From NCBI GenBank assembly GCA_963758295.1, contig CAVWUU010000004.1:864001-928000 (forward strand): a stretch of 64,000 nucleotides of DNA. The letters are read 5' to 3'. Both the position numbers and the translations under genes were made by a program. How positions within the stretch are numbered: position 1 is the first letter of the stretch; every line of letters starts with the position of its first letter. The stretch is from Candidatus Eremiobacteria bacterium. Its GTDB lineage: Bacteria > Vulcanimicrobiota > Vulcanimicrobiia > Vulcanimicrobiales > Vulcanimicrobiaceae. This document shows positions 59,620 through 64,000 of this stretch, one piece after another. Under the pieces are notes generated by a model. The model had not been told where the DNA came from and made no database searches. It saw nothing but the letters and a program-made list of their open reading frames with translations.

Positions 59620-60483
59620 TCAGCCGCGCGACTGACGATCGATAGCCTCAAAGTCTTCGTCGGAAAGCCGAATCTCGGCGGCCGCCACGTTCTCGACTAA
59701 ATGTTTCGGGTTCGAGGTTCCCGGAATGGGCAGCATGACCTTGGACCGCTTTAATATCCACGCCAGCGCCAATTGCGACGGGGAGATATTCAATCGCCGC
59801 GCGATGTGCGAGAAATCAGATCCTTCGTTCGCAAGGTCTCCGGCCGCCAGCGGAAACCACGGGATGAATCCGATGCCGTTCGCTTCGCAAAAATCCAGCA
59901 CGTCTTCATGCTTGCGGTCAGCCAGGTTAAACAGATTTTGTACGGTCACGACTTCGAAATACTTTTGCGCAGCTTCGACCTCTTCAACCGAGACCTCACT
60001 CAAGCCGACGTAACGGATCAAGCCTTCTTGCTGCATTGCGGCAATGGCTTCGAACTGCGCTTCGCGCGGAATGTCGGGATCGATGCGATGCAGCTGCCAA
60101 AGATCGATACGTTCGACGTGCAGACGCCGCAAGCTCATGTGCACGGCTTGCCGCAGATACTCCGGCTTGCCGTCGGGCGTCCATTCATCGGGACCGGTGC
60201 GAAGCAAACCGCCCTTGGTAGCGATCAGAAAGCCCTCGTACGGATACAAAACCTCGTGAATGAGGTTCTCGCTAACGAAGGGGCCGTAGCTATCGGCGGT
60301 ATCGACAAAGTTAACGCCCAGCGAACGCAGCCGGCTCAGTGTTTCACGCGCCGCATTTGCGTCGTCGGGTTCTCCCCAGATGCCTTTTCCGGTAACGCGC
60401 ATAGCGCCGAAACCCAAGCGATTTATGCTCGCGTCGCCAATGCGAAATTCTCCGGCCGCAGCGGCCGATGGTGTGCCGATCAT
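59620..60483 (-). CDS. Aldo/keto reductase
   Basis: [32 protein letters not shown] and LPIPGTS. Confidence 0.93.
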   Translation of the reverse strand: MIGTPSAAAAGEFRIGDASINRLGFGAMRVTGKGIWGEPDDANAARETLSRLRSLGVNFVDTADSYGPFVSENLIHEVLYPYEGFLIATKGGLLRTGPDEWTPDGKPEYLRQAVHMSLRRLHVERIDLWQLHRIDPDIPREAQFEAIAAMQQEGLIRYVGLSEVSVEEVEAAQKYFEVVTVQNLFNLADRKHEDVLDFCEANGIGFIPWFPLAAGDLANEGSDFSHIARRLNISPSQLALAWILKRSKVMLPIPGTSNPKHLVENVAAAEIRLSDEDFEAIDRQSRG

Positions 60484-60573
60484 AACTACCTCTATCAGCG
60501 ACGGTGCCCTGGCATTATAACCCGTTCACGGTTGATTCATGTTTTCGGAAAAAAATCAGGTGCAGAGGTGGCC

Positions 60574-60914
60574 ATGAAAACGGTTGCATACTCGCCGGCC
60601 GGAGTAACGGCAAACGCCGGGCTGCTAAAGCTTGGAACTGCGCTTGCCGCGCTGTTCGGCCTGCGTTCGTCGCTTCCGGCGTTCACACGATGCGCACGGA
60701 ACTCGCAACAATGAATGCGCCACTGGATTGCGTCAGTGGAACACTCGTTCAAAAGAACGTTCTTGCTCGTACCAACCAGGGGCTTGGAATGATGACCAAA
60801 GCTTTGCGTTTGACGAACGTCCAACTTGCACAAATGTCGGCGGAGCTTACGGTAATGAGAAAGAACCTCGATGCCATGACGCACCGCATCGCCCATGCGA
60901 AGCTCCGCTTTTGA
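60574..60914 (+). pseudogene. Membrane-anchored coiled-coil protein with an apparent 1-nt frameshift near 60663
   Basis: SD GAGGT plus ATG 60574 gives MKTVAY...LGTALAALFGL. The hydrophobic helix and heptad pattern continue in another frame (AFVASGVHTMRTELATM...). Confidence 0.55.
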
Positions 60915-61624
60915 GGACTTCCCTTGCGTCGATCTGGACGCTGCAGGCACGCTCGTTACAATCCGAACTGATCGACGGCGACGTCGACTCCCGGGAAGAG
61001 CTCTACAAGAGTTTTCATGACATTGCGTTTGCCAATCGGTGGTTCGGTGGAATCGCGGCCGCACGGAGCGCCTTGCGCGGCGTGCCCGCCGGAACGGTGC
61101 TTGACGTGGGCTGCGGCATCGGTGACATCGTGCGCACGTTGCGCTGTGAAAGCCGCACCCGCTCGGAGGACGTGCGCTACACGGGCCTCGATTCGAATCG
61201 CGAATTGATCGATGAGGCAACGGCGCGAGCAGGCGGCGATGCCGGCCTGGCCTTTGTGCACGGCGACGGAACCGTCTTGCCGTTTCAAGACGCATCGTTC
61301 GACGCCGTTACGTGCAATCTCGCGCTCCATCATTTTGCCCCGAGCGCGGCGGTTGCGCTCTTGCGAGAAATGCGACGGGTCGCTCGTCTTGCGCCGATCG
61401 TTACGGATCTGCAACGCAGCGCGCTCAGCTGGGCGGCTTCCTATGCATTCAGCCGCGTTTTCTCACGCAATCGTCTTACAAGACACGATGCGCCGCTTTC
61501 CGCTCGGCGCGCTTATACGCCCGGCGAAGCTCTTGACCTCGCGCGGCGCGCGGGATGGAAGAATCCGCAGGTGCGAACGTTCGGCTTGATCCGGATGGTG
61601 TTGATCGATGCCCCAGCTCTTTGA
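60911..61624 (+). CDS. SAM-dependent methyltransferase
   Basis: ELID, NRWFGG, VLDVGCGIGD, LALHHF, DLQRS and TRHDAPLSARRAY. TTG start overlaps the upstream TGA. Confidence 0.88.
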   Translation: MRTSLASIWTLQARSLQSELIDGDVDSREELYKSFHDIAFANRWFGGIAAARSALRGVPAGTVLDVGCGIGDIVRTLRCESRTRSEDVRYTGLDSNRELIDEATARAGGDAGLAFVHGDGTVLPFQDASFDAVTCNLALHHFAPSAAVALLREMRRVARLAPIVTDLQRSALSWAASYAFSRVFSRNRLTRHDAPLSARRAYTPGEALDLARRAGWKNPQVRTFGLIRMVLIDAPAL

Positions 61625-62771
61625 CGTTGCCGTCGTCGGAGCCGGACCGGCCGGCGCGGCATGCGCGCTGCGTCTTGCGCGCGCGGGCTTTTCCGTCGCC
61701 CTCGTTGACGAACGGGAATTTCCCCGCCATAAGCTCTGCGGCGAGTATCTGAATCTGGGAGCGGTGCGCGAGCTTCGCGACCTTGGCGTCGGGGAAAGCC
61801 TCGCATCACGCGCGACGCCGTTGCGAGGGATGCGGCTCTTCGCGCACGATGAGTCGGCCGAGTTCGTCTTTTCTTCTTCAGCCTGGTCGATGCCGCGAAC
61901 GATGCTCGACGAGGCACTACGGTGTCGTGCGATCGATGCCGGCGCGCACGCGATCTGCGCGCGGGTTCAAGGCGTGCGCATTGGCAGCGACACTGTTTCC
62001 CTCACGTTGGCTCACGACGGCGAACCTGAGATCCAAGCGTCCTTTGCAGTCGGCGCCGACGGCATGCGATCGAAAATCGCACATATCCTCGGTTTGAGCG
62101 CGCTGACCAACGGCAAACGTTTTGCTACGGGCGGCCACTACGCCGCTCCTGTGACGGGCGAATGGATCGAAATGTTTGCCGGCACAGAGGGATATTTGGC
62201 GATAAATCCGTTGTCCGAGGCATCCGCAAACGTAATGTTCGTCTTCGATGAGCAGCATTTGCGCCGTCATCGCGGCACGCTGCCTGCCGAGCTTCTGCGT
62301 TTTTCCAAAGGTGTCAGCAACGGCCGGTACATTCTAGACGACACCAAACTGTTGGAACGGCGGCGCGCGGTAGGTCCGCTTTCGCACGTTACGCGCAGCC
62401 TCGTGCAAGACCGGGTATTGCTCGTGGGTGACGCAGCGCGTTTTGTGGACCCGTTTACGGGCCAGGGCGTGTTCTTAGCGCTCGCCGGCGCGCGTTTAGC
62501 AGCTGCAGCGATCGCCCGGGCATTCACCGATTGCCGCTACGCTCCGGCCTTTTCGTGGTACCGTGGCGAGCTCGCGGGCGTGTATCGCGAGCGGGAACGA
62601 GTCGCGATGTTGATGCGAACCATGCTGCGGAGCCGGTTTCTTTCCCGCCGGGCAGCAGCCGCTTTACGGAGACACCCGTTGGATTTTTCACCGCTCGTCG
62701 ACGCGGTTTGCGGGGCGAATCAAATCCCTGCATTGCAGCTTGCTCGCGCCGCCGGCAACGCACTAAGATGA
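61608..62771 (+). CDS. FAD-dependent oxidoreductase (geranylgeranyl reductase/monooxygenase-like)
   Basis: GAGPAG, FPRHKLCGE, GADG and GDAARFVDPFTGQG. Confidence 0.9.
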   Translation: MPQLFDVAVVGAGPAGAACALRLARAGFSVALVDEREFPRHKLCGEYLNLGAVRELRDLGVGESLASRATPLRGMRLFAHDESAEFVFSSSAWSMPRTMLDEALRCRAIDAGAHAICARVQGVRIGSDTVSLTLAHDGEPEIQASFAVGADGMRSKIAHILGLSALTNGKRFATGGHYAAPVTGEWIEMFAGTEGYLAINPLSEASANVMFVFDEQHLRRHRGTLPAELLRFSKGVSNGRYILDDTKLLERRRAVGPLSHVTRSLVQDRVLLVGDAARFVDPFTGQGVFLALAGARLAAAAIARAFTDCRYAPAFSWYRGELAGVYRERERVAMLMRTMLRSRFLSRRAAAALRRHPLDFSPLVDAVCGANQIPALQLARAAGNALR

Positions 62772-63211
62772 GATCCGTCACGAGCATCACCATCGATGCC
62801 CCGGCTTCGCGCATCTATGAATTCGCGCATGCCACCGATCGTTGGCCGCAGATTCTTCCGCACTATCGATACGTGCACGTTCTTTCGGAGAATGGGAACG
62901 AGCGTACCGTGGAAATGGCGGCGCGGCGTTCGATCTTCCCCGTTAATTGGACTGCCGTTCAAACGGACGACCCGCAGACGCCCGCAATTTATTTCCGTCA
63001 CGTTCGAGGCTGGACGCGCGGAATGGACGTCGTTTGGAGTTTCGAAGAGCGCGGGTCGCAAACGCACGTTTCGATCGTCCACGATGTGGCTTTTCATTTT
63101 CCGGTTGCAGCGAGCCTCATCGAACGGCTGATCGTTACGCCGTTCTTCATCGAAGGCATCGCGCGGCGCACGCTCTCGCGCATGAAGTCCCTGGCGGAGG
63201 GCCGTGCGTGA
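62768..63211 (+). CDS. SRPBCC (polyketide cyclase/aromatase-like) protein
   Basis: SITIDAP, WPQILPH and GMDVVWSF (START/SRPBCC fold). ATGA overlap. Confidence 0.85.
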   Translation: MRSVTSITIDAPASRIYEFAHATDRWPQILPHYRYVHVLSENGNERTVEMAARRSIFPVNWTAVQTDDPQTPAIYFRHVRGWTRGMDVVWSFEERGSQTHVSIVHDVAFHFPVAASLIERLIVTPFFIEGIARRTLSRMKSLAEGRA

Positions 63212-64000
63212 TGGAGCCGCATCGCGTAGCCATAACCGGACTGGGAGCGATCACGCCGATCGGTACCGGCAAAGAAGCCTTCTGGAATTCATTACTGGAC
63301 GGCACGGTTGCCGTCGACCGGCTGACGCGTTTTGACGCTACCGAATATCCGTCAAAGATCGCCGCGCAGATCGACGATTTCGACGCCTCGACATATCTGG
63401 ACAAGCGGCGGCTGCAGTGGACGGACCGTTTTTCGCAACTTGCTGTTGCCGGTGCAAAACTTGCGTGCGAGGACGCGGCCTTCACTTTACGCAACCGCGC
63501 AGACGTTGGCGTATACACCGGGTCGGCGTTGGGCGGCCTAACCTTCGCCGAAGAGCAAATCGAGCGCTTTCATCGTGAAGGGTTGCGCAGCGTGCGGCCC
63601 CTCTTATCGCTCTCCGTTTTCGGAGGCGCTGCTGCATCCAATATTGCCATCGAGTTCGCATTTCACGGGCCCACGATTGCCAACGCCGATTCATGCGCGG
63701 CGGGCGCAATCGCGGTCGGCGAGGCCTTTCGGGCAATTCGCAACGGCGACATCGCTGCGGCCATCGCGGGAGGCGTGGAAGCGCCGCTCGCCCCTTTGAC
63801 GTTCGGCGCGTTTACGGTTGCACGCGCGATGTCGACAAGAAACGACGATCCCAAGCGCGCCAGCCGCCCCTTCGACCGCGACCGGGACGGGTTCGTAATG
63901 GCCGAAGGCGCCGGCTTCGTGGTGCTGGAGCGTTACGAAGATGCGCTAGAGCGAGGCGCACACATCTATGCCGAAATCACGGGCTTTGGAACATCGAACG
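63211..64000 (+). CDS. Beta-ketoacyl-ACP synthase (FabF/KS-alpha-like), truncated by the right edge
   Basis: Manual translation: RVAITGLGAITPIG, DRFSQLA, active-site DSCAAG and SRPFDRDRDGFVMAEGAG. Confidence 0.93.
   Translation, partial: MEPHRVAITGLGAITPIGTGKEAFWNSLLDGTVAVDRLTRFDATEYPSKIAAQIDDFDASTYLDKRRLQWTDRFSQLAVAGAKLACEDAAFTLRNRADVGVYTGSALGGLTFAEEQIERFHREGLRSVRPLLSLSVFGGAAASNIAIEFAFHGPTIANADSCAAGAIAVGEAFRAIRNGDIAAAIAGGVEAPLAPLTFGAFTVARAMSTRNDDPKRASRPFDRDRDGFVMAEGAGFVVLERYEDALERGAHIYAEITGFGTSN

Overview
GC-rich, gene-dense bacterial chromosome segment. The gene content and protein style suggest Candidatus Eremiobacterota or a similar soil lineage, but this is inference only. Recognisable blocks: split histidine utilisation genes (hutI partial, hutU, hutH) around a PAS-GGDEF-EAL gene and a PadR unit; two convergent HTH/TPR regulators; a ~930 bp ORF-poor interval (10195-11129); a WYL regulator; methionine salvage mtnB-mtnD-mtnC with MaoC and MalY-like genes; clpC; a TetR/MFS/thioesterase unit; propionyl-/methylmalonyl-CoA genes with fabI; a peptidoglycan-recycling operon (ABC ATPase, nagZ, serine hydrolase, anmK, BadF-type kinase, murQ, DUF4127-like); stress-type genes; a membrane protein with 11-residue repeats; a PilZ protein; PadR plus permease; Lrp plus EamA; and the start of a ketosynthase/cyclase/FAD-oxidoreductase/methyltransferase cluster running off the right edge. 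The least explained signal is the 10.2-11.1 kb interval, which holds two promoter-to-terminator units with no credible ORF (candidate ncRNAs of ~115 and ~190 nt) and a 205-bp nested palindrome. Other observations: several leaderless or non-canonical starts, two apparent frameshifts and several operator palindromes. I saw no rRNA, tRNA, CRISPR array, transposase or integrase. All family assignments come from motif recognition by eye; no searches were run.
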